NCBI GenBank assembly: GCA_038320275.1
Contig: JBBQEB010000031.1
Span: 1 to 28,514, forward strand
Reading direction: 5' to 3'
From: Myxococcales bacterium
GTDB taxonomy: Bacteria > Myxococcota > Myxococcia > Myxococcales > Anaeromyxobacteraceae
DNA: 28,514 nt
Shown piece by piece: positions 1-7,734 of this stretch. The position numbers and the translations under genes are program-made. Below the pieces are notes generated by a model. The model was given only the letters and a program-made list of their open reading frames with translations, was not told the DNA's origin and ran no database searches. The number at the start of each line of letters is the position of its first letter. Within the stretch, counting starts at the first letter, position 1.

Positions 1-69
1 GAGCGTCCAGGTCTTCGCGCTGAAGTAGTGGCCCTTGTTCACCTGCGTCCCGGCTTCGATCATCGTCAT
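1..69 (-). CDS. 5' part of a hypothetical protein running off the window edge (MTMIEAGTQVNKGHYFSAKTWTL...)
   Basis: ATG at 69-67 preceded by GAAGGGGAGAA on the minus strand. The frame stays open to position 1 with GC-rich third positions. Confidence 0.55.
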   Translation of the reverse strand, partial: MTMIEAGTQVNKGHYFSAKTWTL

Positions 70-310
70 GGCGTTCTCCCCTTCGTGGCGTTCGCTGCGT
101 TGCCTTCGATGAATGGAGTCTCTCCTTTTCCGGCCGCCGGCGAAATGCGGAACTCGCCCGACCCCGACGGCTTTGATTCCCGTGCCGGTGAGGGTCGGAC
201 GCCGTAGAGAGCCCTCCGGAAAACACCCGAGAGACCTTCGGGGGAGCACGCCGCACCCGCCGCGCTGGCGGTCCGGCTTGGGCAACGTCCCGCAAAGACA
301 GGAGCTTCAC

Positions 311-1354
311 ATGAACGCCACCAAGTCCTACGCCGCCCGCACACCCTCCGCGCCCCTGGAGCCCTTCGAGATCAAGCGGCGCGAGCCGGGGGAGCACGAC
401 GTGCTCATCGAGGTCGCCTTCTGCGGGGTCTGCCACTCCGATGTGCATCAGGCTCGCGACGAGTGGGGAGGCGGCATCTTCCCGATGGTCCCTGGCCACG
501 AGATCGTCGGCCGTGTCTCCCGGGCCGGCGCGGCCGTCGAGAAGTTCGTGGTGGGGGACCTTGCCGGCGTGGGCTGCATGGTCGACTCGTGCCGGACCTG
601 CGCTCCCTGCGCGCGCGACCTCGAGCAGTTCTGCGAGGGCGGGGCCGCCTTCACGTACAACGGGACGGAGATGGACCGCCGCACGCCCACGTACGGCGGC
701 TACTCGGCGCGGGTCGTGGTGGACGAGCGCTTCGCGCTGCGGGTCGCGCCCGGCGCCAACCTGGCCGGCACCGCGCCGCTCCTCTGCGCCGGCATCACCA
801 CCTACTCGCCGCTCCGCCACTGGAAGGTGGGCAAGGGCAGCAAGGTCGGGGTGGTGGGGTTGGGCGGGCTCGGGCACATGGGCGTGAAGCTGGCGGCGGC
901 CATGGGCGCCGAGGTGACCATGCTCAGCACCTCCCAGTCCAAGGAGGCCGATGCGCGCCGCCTCGGCGCGCACGAGTTCGGCCTCACCTCCGACCCGGCG
1001 ACGTTCAAGAAGCTCGCGAACCGCTTCGACCTCATCCTCGACACCATCTCCGCGCCACACGACTACAACGCGTACCTCTCCATGCTGGCCGTGGACGGCA
1101 CCATGGTGCTGCTCGGCGTGCCCCCGCAGCCCACGCCGGTGCACGCCTTCTCGCTCATCGGGGGCCGCCGCAGCCTGGTGGGATCTCTCATCGGCGGCAT
1201 CGCCGAGACGCAGGAGATGCTCGATTTCTGCGCCGAGCGCGGGATCGTTGCGGATGTCGAGGTCATCCCGATGTCGAAGATCAACGAGGCCTATGACCGG
1301 ATGGTGAAGGGCGACGTCCGGTACCGGTTCTCGATCGACCTCGCGACGATCTGA
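311..1354 (+). CDS. Zn-dependent NAD(P) alcohol dehydrogenase, cinnamyl-ADH/YahK-AdhC type
   Basis: Motifs GVCHSD and GHEIVG, structural-Zn cysteines CRTCAPC...C, PLLCAGIT and Rossmann GLGGLG. AGGAG lies upstream of ATG 311. Confidence 0.95.
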   Translation: MNATKSYAARTPSAPLEPFEIKRREPGEHDVLIEVAFCGVCHSDVHQARDEWGGGIFPMVPGHEIVGRVSRAGAAVEKFVVGDLAGVGCMVDSCRTCAPCARDLEQFCEGGAAFTYNGTEMDRRTPTYGGYSARVVVDERFALRVAPGANLAGTAPLLCAGITTYSPLRHWKVGKGSKVGVVGLGGLGHMGVKLAAAMGAEVTMLSTSQSKEADARRLGAHEFGLTSDPATFKKLANRFDLILDTISAPHDYNAYLSMLAVDGTMVLLGVPPQPTPVHAFSLIGGRRSLVGSLIGGIAETQEMLDFCAERGIVADVEVIPMSKINEAYDRMVKGDVRYRFSIDLATI

Positions 1355-1371
1355 TCCTGGAAGAGGGCGCG

Positions 1372-1400
1372 TCCCGCCGGTCCTCGTCGGGCCGGTGGGA
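1372..1400. terminator. GC-rich hairpin between convergent genes
   Basis: TCCCGCCGGTCC-tcgtc-GGGCCGGTGGGA forms a stem with G-U pairs between the stops at 1354 and 1412. There is no clear U-tract. Confidence 0.45.
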
Positions 1401-1411
1401 GCCCCGCCGCA

Positions 1412-2080
1412 CTATTTGCCGTAGGTGAAGTCCGAGGTGGCGTTACCGCTGGCCGGGACCGTCACCTGCGCGGTCTTCGTCCCGAGCGTCTCGTGCCAGG
1501 CGGTGAGCGTGTACGTGCCAGCGGGCACGTCCTTGATGGTGTACGTTCCGTCGTCGCCGTCCACGGCCGACGGTCCGTCGGCGACCACCACCCAGGCGCT
1601 CATCCACGCATGGATGTCGCACTTCACCTTCACGACTCCCGGCTTGGTGAGCTTCTTCGGGATGCGCTGGTCCTTGATCGGCATGGCGAGGTTGAACACC
1701 GTCTGGTTCCCCAGATAGCCATGGATGTTGTGCAGCACGGGATCGCTGTTGATGATCTCGAGCGTGCTCCCCACCGGGATCGCCTGCACGTGCGGATGGT
1801 AGCGGCACGTCTTCTGGTCGAGCGTCACCTTCGCCGCCTGCGGCTTCGCGCCCGTCGCGCCGCTGACCGTAACGACCACGTTCTTGAGATGCCCGCCGGC
1901 CACCTCGACCGTCTCGTTGGGCTCCGTTGCGCCGCAGACGTTCCCATCGCGCGTCGTCTTGATCGGTGCCAGGGCTGGCGCCTCGCCGGCGAAGTGGACC
2001 GTCCCGGTGACGTCCCCCGCCCGCGCATCCACCGCGACGCAAACGCCCAGCGCAGCGACTGCCAACATTGTTGCACGCAT
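1412..2080 (-). CDS. Secreted cupredoxin-like protein with a carboxypeptidase-regulatory-like C-terminal domain
   Basis: Signal peptide MRATMLAVAALGVCVAVDARA. NSDPVLHNIH and VKCDIHAWM give an H...C-x2-H-x2-M type-1 copper ligand set. C-terminal GTYTIKDVPAGTYTLTAWHE. Confidence 0.75.
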   Translation of the reverse strand: MRATMLAVAALGVCVAVDARAGDVTGTVHFAGEAPALAPIKTTRDGNVCGATEPNETVEVAGGHLKNVVVTVSGATGAKPQAAKVTLDQKTCRYHPHVQAIPVGSTLEIINSDPVLHNIHGYLGNQTVFNLAMPIKDQRIPKKLTKPGVVKVKCDIHAWMSAWVVVADGPSAVDGDDGTYTIKDVPAGTYTLTAWHETLGTKTAQVTVPASGNATSDFTYGK

Positions 2081-2347
2081 TGCAACCGTCCTTTCGATGG
2101 ATAGAAACTTCTTGCGCCCCGAGGGTGCGCCCACCGGGAACCTAAGCCGCCGGGGGCCCTTCGGCCCGGCCCTCGCCTTGCCGCGCCGCACCACGCGTGG
2201 CGGGCTGTGGAGCTGCTTTTCACGACGCGTCACGCCAAGAGCGCACCCTTCCGGAGCTGTGGAAGCCACTATGGGTCACTTGCGACATTTCGCCACATCC
2301 CGCATCGTCAGGGCTCGTTCGGACGGAAAGTCAAGGGGGCGGAATCG

Positions 2348-2977
2348 ATGGGCTCGGCGGCGTCCGTCCAGAGTCATCACGCGGAGGTCCCCTGGCCTGC
2401 GGACGCGCAGTACGGCAGCGCGACGCCCGGCAAGATCGGGATGTGGGTGTTCCTCATCTCCGACGCGTTCTCCTTCGCCGGCCTGCTCATCGCCTACGCG
2501 ATCCTGCGCACAGGCCACCCCGTCTGGCGCCAGCCCGGCGAGCCCGAGCTCGGGGTGTACTTCACGGCGGGGCTCACCCTGCTGCTCCTGCTCTCCAGCC
2601 TCACCAACGTGCTCGCCTTCGCGGCGGCGCGGGAGGAGCGCCGGCGCGAGGCCACGATGTACCTCGCCCTCACCGCGCTCGGAGGCGCGCTCTTCATCGC
2701 GGGGCAGGCCCAGGAGTGGTTCGGCATCGTGGGCCACGGGCTCATCCGGGAAGGGCTCGTCTTCGGGCAGTCTCCGCGCGCCAGCATCTTCTACGTCGTG
2801 ACCGGGTTTCACGGGTTCCACGTGATCGTGGGCGTGGCCTACATCCTCGCCACCCTCGCCGCCTACGCGCGCGGGACCGCTGGCTGGCGCCAGGTCGAGC
2901 TGCTCGGGCTCTTCTGGTGCTTCGTCGACTTCGTCTGGATCTTCGTCTTTTCCGCGCTGTACCTCCTTCCCAGCTAG
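2348..2977 (+). CDS. ctaE: Heme-copper oxidase subunit III family protein (first of two)
   Basis: GKIGMWVFLISD, FYVVTGFHGFHV and LFWCFVDFVWIF, with about five hydrophobic helices. Confidence 0.9.
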   Translation: MGSAASVQSHHAEVPWPADAQYGSATPGKIGMWVFLISDAFSFAGLLIAYAILRTGHPVWRQPGEPELGVYFTAGLTLLLLLSSLTNVLAFAAAREERRREATMYLALTALGGALFIAGQAQEWFGIVGHGLIREGLVFGQSPRASIFYVVTGFHGFHVIVGVAYILATLAAYARGTAGWRQVELLGLFWCFVDFVWIFVFSALYLLPS

Positions 2978-2988
2978 GCGGCGCCGCC

Positions 2989-3291
2989 ATGGCCCACGAC
3001 ACCGGACTCGACGCGCGCACGGATCGCAGCGAGCACGCGCTCGTCTTCCTGGCGCTGGTCGTCCTCACCGGCCTCGAGCTCACCGTCGCTAAGGTGCCCG
3101 GGGTAGGGCACCGCGCGCTCGTCTCGGCGCTCGTCGTCCTCGCGGTGAGCAAGGCGGCCCTCATCGGCCTCTTCTTCATGCACCTGAAGTACGAGACCCG
3201 CTCGCTCAAGCTCACCGTGCTCCTCCCGCTGCTCGCGCCCGCCTTGTACGCGGTCGCCCTCATCGCCGACGCGACCTGGAGGCTCCTGTGA
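2989..3291 (+). CDS. ctaF: Cytochrome c oxidase subunit IV family protein
   Basis: Three TM segments with KAALIGLFFMHLKYE. Starts 11 bp after the subunit III stop. Confidence 0.85.
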   Translation: MAHDTGLDARTDRSEHALVFLALVVLTGLELTVAKVPGVGHRALVSALVVLAVSKAALIGLFFMHLKYETRSLKLTVLLPLLAPALYAVALIADATWRLL

Positions 3292-3473
3292 CGAAAGTGC
3301 TCCTCTCCGCCTGGGCGGCCTCGCTGCCAGCCCTGGCGGCGGCATGTCCCGCCTGCGCCCGCGACTCCACCCCACGGGCGGCCCTGCTCGTGGGAGCCAT
3401 GATCGCCGCGCCCTACTGCATCGCGGCGGTCGTGGTGCGTGCCATCCGGCGCGAAGAGGAGGGCTCGAAGTGA
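3288..3473 (+). CDS. Small membrane protein with a CxxC motif
   Basis: GTGA overlaps with both neighbours. Signal-like N-terminus, ACPAC, one TM helix and a charged tail. Confidence 0.7.
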   Translation: MTKVLLSAWAASLPALAAACPACARDSTPRAALLVGAMIAAPYCIAAVVVRAIRREEEGSK

Positions 3474-4297
3474 GCTCCGCCCTTCGCCGCGCCGCAGCCG
3501 GCCTCTGCGTCGCCGCCACGGCGCTCGCCGCGCGGGCCGACCCGCTACCCGAGCGCGGCTATGGCCTCCCGCACGACGCCTCGCTCGACGGCCACCGCAT
3601 CGACTGGCTCATCCATTTCACCATCGTGGGCCTCGGCCTCGTCTTCCTGGTGGTGCTGGGCGCGCTCGCCTACGCGGCCATCCGCCACCGCGGAAAGCAC
3701 ACCGCCGCGTACGACCACGGCAACAGCCGCCGCGCCGCGCTGCTCGTCCTCGCTTGCGTCGCGGTCGTCTTCTTCGTGATCGACGGAAACCTCTTCGTCC
3801 ACTCGATAGGGGACCTCGACGCCCACTTCTGGAACTTCAAGGCCGCCGAGGCGAACCCTCGGATGGTGAGGGTCGAGGTCAACGCGCACCAGTGGGCCTG
3901 GACCTTCCGCTATCCCGGCCCGGACGGAATCTTCAACACCGACGACGACGTGGTGGCCACCAACACGCTCCACGTCCCGGTGGGCGTGCCGGTGGTGCTC
4001 CAACTCGCCTCCACGGACGTCATCCACAGCCTCTACCTGCCGAACTTCCGCGTGAAACAGGACGCGGTGCCGGGGAGCATCACCAGGCTCTGGTTCCAGG
4101 CGCAGGAGCCGGGCGAGTTCGAATTTGGCTGCGCCCAGCACTGCGGCGCCAACCACTACAAGATGCGGGGCGTACTCACCGTCATGGCCGCGGATGCCTA
4201 CGAGCGATGGGCGGCCGCTTCCGCCGCGGACGCCAAGCGAGGCTTCGACCCCGAGGACAAGGACGCGCGCTGGGGCTGGGAATGGAGAAAGTTCTGA
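3470..4297 (+). CDS. ctaC: Cytochrome c oxidase subunit II (CuA)
   Basis: AHQWAW, STDVIHS and CAQHCGANHYKM. GTG start overlaps the previous stop. No fused cytochrome c domain. Confidence 0.93.
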   Translation: MSSALRRAAAGLCVAATALAARADPLPERGYGLPHDASLDGHRIDWLIHFTIVGLGLVFLVVLGALAYAAIRHRGKHTAAYDHGNSRRAALLVLACVAVVFFVIDGNLFVHSIGDLDAHFWNFKAAEANPRMVRVEVNAHQWAWTFRYPGPDGIFNTDDDVVATNTLHVPVGVPVVLQLASTDVIHSLYLPNFRVKQDAVPGSITRLWFQAQEPGEFEFGCAQHCGANHYKMRGVLTVMAADAYERWAAASAADAKRGFDPEDKDARWGWEWRKF

Positions 4298-6093
4298 TGG
4301 CGCTCCCCGCGACGCACGCGCCCTCGGCCGAAACGCAGCCCATCCACCCGGCGCCCACCTCGTTCGTGAAGAAGTACGTCTTCTCGCTCGATCACAAGGT
4401 CATCGGGATCCAGTTCCTCTGGGCGGGCCTGATCTTCCTTCTGGTGGGCGGCACGCTCGCCATGATGATCCGCTGGCAGTGGGCCTTCCCGTACCACCCC
4501 GTCCCCGTGCTCGGGTCGATCTTCCTTCGCGGCAGCGGCGGCGTCATCGGGCCCGCCCTGTACCAGAACATCTTCACCATGCACGGCCTCATCATGATCT
4601 TCTTCGCCGTGACGCCGGTGCTCATCGGCGCCTTCGGCAACTTCCTCATCCCTCTGCAGATCGGCGCCAGGGACATGGCGTTCCCGATCCTCAACATGCT
4701 GTCCTTCTGGTTCTTCGCCCTCTCGCAGCTCATCATCCTCGCGTCCTTCATGGTGGCGCTGGGGCCTGGAGGCGCGGGCTGGACGAGCTACCCTCCCCTC
4801 TCCACCAACATCGGCATGCCTGGCATCGGCCAGACCATGGTGGTGCTCGCCCTCTTCACCACCGGCGTGTCGAGCACCATGGGCGCCATCAACTACGTCA
4901 CGACGGTCATCCGGCTGCGCGCGCCGGGGATGACCTACATGCGCCTGCCGCTCACCATCTGGGGGCTCTGGCTCACCGCGATCCTGAACGCGCTCTTCAT
5001 CCCGGTGCTCGGCTCGGCGGCACTGCTGCTCTTCCTCGACCGAACCTTCGGCACCCAGTTCTTCATCGCCGGCGCGGCCTCGGTGCGCGGCGGCGGGGAT
5101 CCCATCCTCTTCCAGCACCTGTTCTGGATCTTCGGTCACCCCGAGGTCTACATCCTCATCCTCCCGGCCTGGGGCATCGTCGGCGACATCCTCTCCTTCT
5201 TCGCGCGGAAGCCCGCCTACTGGTATCGCGGCTCGGTCTACGCCATGTGCATCATCACGGTGCTCTCGGCGCTGGTGTACGGCCACCACATGTTCATCAC
5301 CGGGATGAGCCCGATGCTGGGCAAGAGCTTCATGCTGCTCACGCTGCTCATCAGCGCGCCCGCCATGGTGCTCGTCTTCAACTGGATCTTCACCATCTGG
5401 CGCGGGTCGATCCGCTTCGCGACGCCCATGCTCTTCGCGCTCGGCACGGTCTTCGTGTTCGGCCTGGGCGGGCTCACCGGGCTCTTCCTGGGCGACATCT
5501 CGCTCGACCTGTACCTGCACGACACCATGTTCGTGGTCGGCCACTTCCACTTCACCATGGCCGCCGCGTCGTTCCTGGGCGCGATGGCTGGGATCTACTT
5601 CTGGTTCCCCAAGATGTTCGGGCGCTCGCTGAGCGAGCGTCTCGGCAAGGCGCACTTCTGGTTCTCCATCGTCGGGCTCACGCTGGTCTTCGGGGGCCAG
5701 CTCCTCGCGGGCTACGCCGGCCAGCAGCGCCGCCTGTTCGACCCGTACCAGTACACCTTCATCCAGGGGCTGCGCGGCCTCAACCGCTGGACGAGCTACT
5801 TCGCCTTCACCCTCTTCGCGGGCCAGTTCCTCTTCGTCTGGAACTTCTTCAAGACCGTCTTCGCGCGCGGCCACACCGCCCCCCAGAACCCGTGGGAGGT
5901 GACGACCCTCGAGTGGACACGCACCAGCTCGCCGCCGCCGTTCCACAACTTCGACGTCATCCCGCAGGTGCAGCGAGGCCCGCACGAGTTCGCGAACCCC
6001 AAGGTGAAGGAGCTGCTCGGCCGCGACTATCTCGGCCAGGCAGAGGACATGCCCGAGGCCACGGCGCCCGCGGCGGGGGCGGCGCGCGCGTGA
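4297..6093 (+). CDS. ctaD: Heme-copper O2 reductase subunit I, A1-type, with non-canonical K-channel
   Basis: TMHG, ARDMAFP, GWTSYPPL, FGHPEVY, GHHMF, HDT..VGHFH and the RR pair. TGATG coupling to subunit II. Confidence 0.96.
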   Translation: MALPATHAPSAETQPIHPAPTSFVKKYVFSLDHKVIGIQFLWAGLIFLLVGGTLAMMIRWQWAFPYHPVPVLGSIFLRGSGGVIGPALYQNIFTMHGLIMIFFAVTPVLIGAFGNFLIPLQIGARDMAFPILNMLSFWFFALSQLIILASFMVALGPGGAGWTSYPPLSTNIGMPGIGQTMVVLALFTTGVSSTMGAINYVTTVIRLRAPGMTYMRLPLTIWGLWLTAILNALFIPVLGSAALLLFLDRTFGTQFFIAGAASVRGGGDPILFQHLFWIFGHPEVYILILPAWGIVGDILSFFARKPAYWYRGSVYAMCIITVLSALVYGHHMFITGMSPMLGKSFMLLTLLISAPAMVLVFNWIFTIWRGSIRFATPMLFALGTVFVFGLGGLTGLFLGDISLDLYLHDTMFVVGHFHFTMAAASFLGAMAGIYFWFPKMFGRSLSERLGKAHFWFSIVGLTLVFGGQLLAGYAGQQRRLFDPYQYTFIQGLRGLNRWTSYFAFTLFAGQFLFVWNFFKTVFARGHTAPQNPWEVTTLEWTRTSSPPPFHNFDVIPQVQRGPHEFANPKVKELLGRDYLGQAEDMPEATAPAAGAARA

Positions 6094-6716
6094 GCGCGAG
6101 CCTCGTCATGGAGGAGCCCAGCGCTCCGGTGAGGCTGGAGGAGTACCGCACCAGCGTACGGGCGCGGTCGGAGCTCACTGCCTGGGTGGGCATGGTGGTC
6201 TTCCTCGCCTCGTGGGCGATGCTCTTCGCGAGCCTCTTCTTCGCCTACGCGCTCGTCCGCTCCCACGCGCCCTCCTGGCCCCCGGCCGACCAGCCGGTGC
6301 TGCCGCTCGCGCTTCCGGCCCTCAACACCGCCGCCCTCGCGATCTCCGCGCTCGCCATGGAGCGCGCGATGCGTTCGCTGCGGGCGGGCCGGGCTCGGCG
6401 GGCGGCGACAGCGCTCGCCGCCGCAGCCGCGCTCGGCTTCGTCTTCCTGGTGCTCCAGGGCGTGGTCTGGCTCGGGTTGTACCGGGCCGGCCTCGAGCCG
6501 AGCGGCGGCCCCTACCCTTCCGCCTTCTACACGCTCACCGTCTTCCACGCGCTCCACGTCCTGGTGGGGCTCCTGGCGCTCGGCTGGCTCGCGGTGCGCG
6601 CGCGGGGCGGCGCGTACGGCGCCCTTCGCCTGCTGCCCGTCCGGCTCTGGGCCATGTACTGGCACTTCGTGGGCGCGGTCTGGCTCGCCATGTTCGCGTC
6701 GCTCTATCTCCTGTGA
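6090..6716 (+). CDS. ctaE: Heme-copper oxidase subunit III family protein (second)
   Basis: GMVVFLAS, FYTLTVFHALHV and YWHFVGAVW. GTGA overlap with subunit I. Alternative start is ATG 6108. Confidence 0.9.
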   Translation: MSASLVMEEPSAPVRLEEYRTSVRARSELTAWVGMVVFLASWAMLFASLFFAYALVRSHAPSWPPADQPVLPLALPALNTAALAISALAMERAMRSLRAGRARRAATALAAAAALGFVFLVLQGVVWLGLYRAGLEPSGGPYPSAFYTLTVFHALHVLVGLLALGWLAVRARGGAYGALRLLPVRLWAMYWHFVGAVWLAMFASLYLL

Positions 6717-6736
6717 GTGAACTGGGATCCCGCCCC

Positions 6737-7684
6737 ATGGCACGCTCCTCCCACCTCCTCGCGCTCCTCGCCCTCCTCGCCCTCGCCTGCAAGGTCGACC
6801 GCCCGCACGGCGCGAAGGCGGCGATGACGCTCGGCGGCAAGGAGGTCTCCGCGCGCACGCTCACCGAAGGCGAGCGCAACTATCTCCTGTACTGCCGCGC
6901 CTGCCACGGCGAGAACGGGGACGGCAAGGGGCCCTCCTCGCCAGGCCTGCGGCCCCCTCCCCGCGACTTCCGCCTCGGCCTCTTCAAGTTCGCGGCAGTG
7001 CCGGCCGGCAGCCTCCCCCACGACGATGACCTCGTCCGCATCGTGCGCACCGGCCTGCACGGGACCGCGATGCTGGCCTGGGACGGCATCCCGGACCAGA
7101 ACCTCCAGGAGATCATCCAGTACATCAAGACGTTCTCCCCGCGCTGGAAGGAGGAGGAGCCGGGCGAGCCCGTGCGCCCTACCCCCGATCCTTGGGCCGG
7201 CAAGGCGGACGCGGGCATCGCGCGCGGGAAGCTCGTCTACCACGGGCTCGCGCAGTGCCTCACCTGCCATCCGGCCTACGGCTCCAAGGAAACCATCTAC
7301 GAGGCCGGCAAGGCGCTCACCGGCAACCCCACCACCGACTTTCGGGACGACATGTACGGCTCGGTGCTGAAGGAGTCGGACTACGGCGTGAAGTTCCTCC
7401 CGCCCGACTTCCTGCGCTCCGACCTTCGCTCCGTCCGCTCGGACCACCAGCTCGAGGACATCTACAGGGTCATCGCCGCGGGCGTGGGCGGCACCGCCAT
7501 GCCCACCTGGCGCGGTTCGCTGCCGGAGGGGGAGCTCTGGGCGCTCGCGCACTACGTCGACTCGCTGGTGTCGCTCCGAGGGACGCCGCAGGCGACCGAG
7601 CTCATCGAGCAGGCCAAGGCCGAGGACACCCGCTGGTCGCCGCCCCCTCAACCCGCCTCCCAGGAAGCGCCTGCAGCTCAGTGA
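6737..7684 (+). CDS. Diheme c-type cytochrome, predicted lipoprotein
   Basis: Heme motifs CRACH and CLTCH, distal Met candidates GTAML and GTAMP, lipobox LALAC. Confidence 0.9.
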   Translation: MARSSHLLALLALLALACKVDRPHGAKAAMTLGGKEVSARTLTEGERNYLLYCRACHGENGDGKGPSSPGLRPPPRDFRLGLFKFAAVPAGSLPHDDDLVRIVRTGLHGTAMLAWDGIPDQNLQEIIQYIKTFSPRWKEEEPGEPVRPTPDPWAGKADAGIARGKLVYHGLAQCLTCHPAYGSKETIYEAGKALTGNPTTDFRDDMYGSVLKESDYGVKFLPPDFLRSDLRSVRSDHQLEDIYRVIAAGVGGTAMPTWRGSLPEGELWALAHYVDSLVSLRGTPQATELIEQAKAEDTRWSPPPQPASQEAPAAQ

Positions 7685-7734
7685 AGCCAATCGCGACCAA
7701 GCCCAACGACCCACAAAGTCCAGGAGGTACTTCC

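Noticed and set aside
113..310. N-terminal extension of the ADH ORF from 113
   Set aside because: Family similarity starts at MNATKSYAA, and an RBS precedes ATG 311.
2117..2180. CCGAG...CCTAAG and a CTTCGG-capped stem, faintly like a Moco or c-di-GMP riboswitch
   Set aside because: The other conserved elements are missing and the gene context does not fit.
4297..6093. Subunit I as a nitric oxide reductase
   Set aside because: It keeps HPEVY with the cross-linking Tyr and the D-channel residues, and it has CuA subunit II plus subunits III and IV, all typical of an A-family O2 reductase.
3439..7734. Very long ORF-track frames (3439-6093, 4125-6716, 6212-7684, 7192-9126) suggesting fusions or overlapping genes
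   Set aside because: The extra N-terminal parts are Arg/Pro-rich off-frame readings of the preceding genes, as expected at high GC. The real starts coincide with stop/start overlaps or an RBS.
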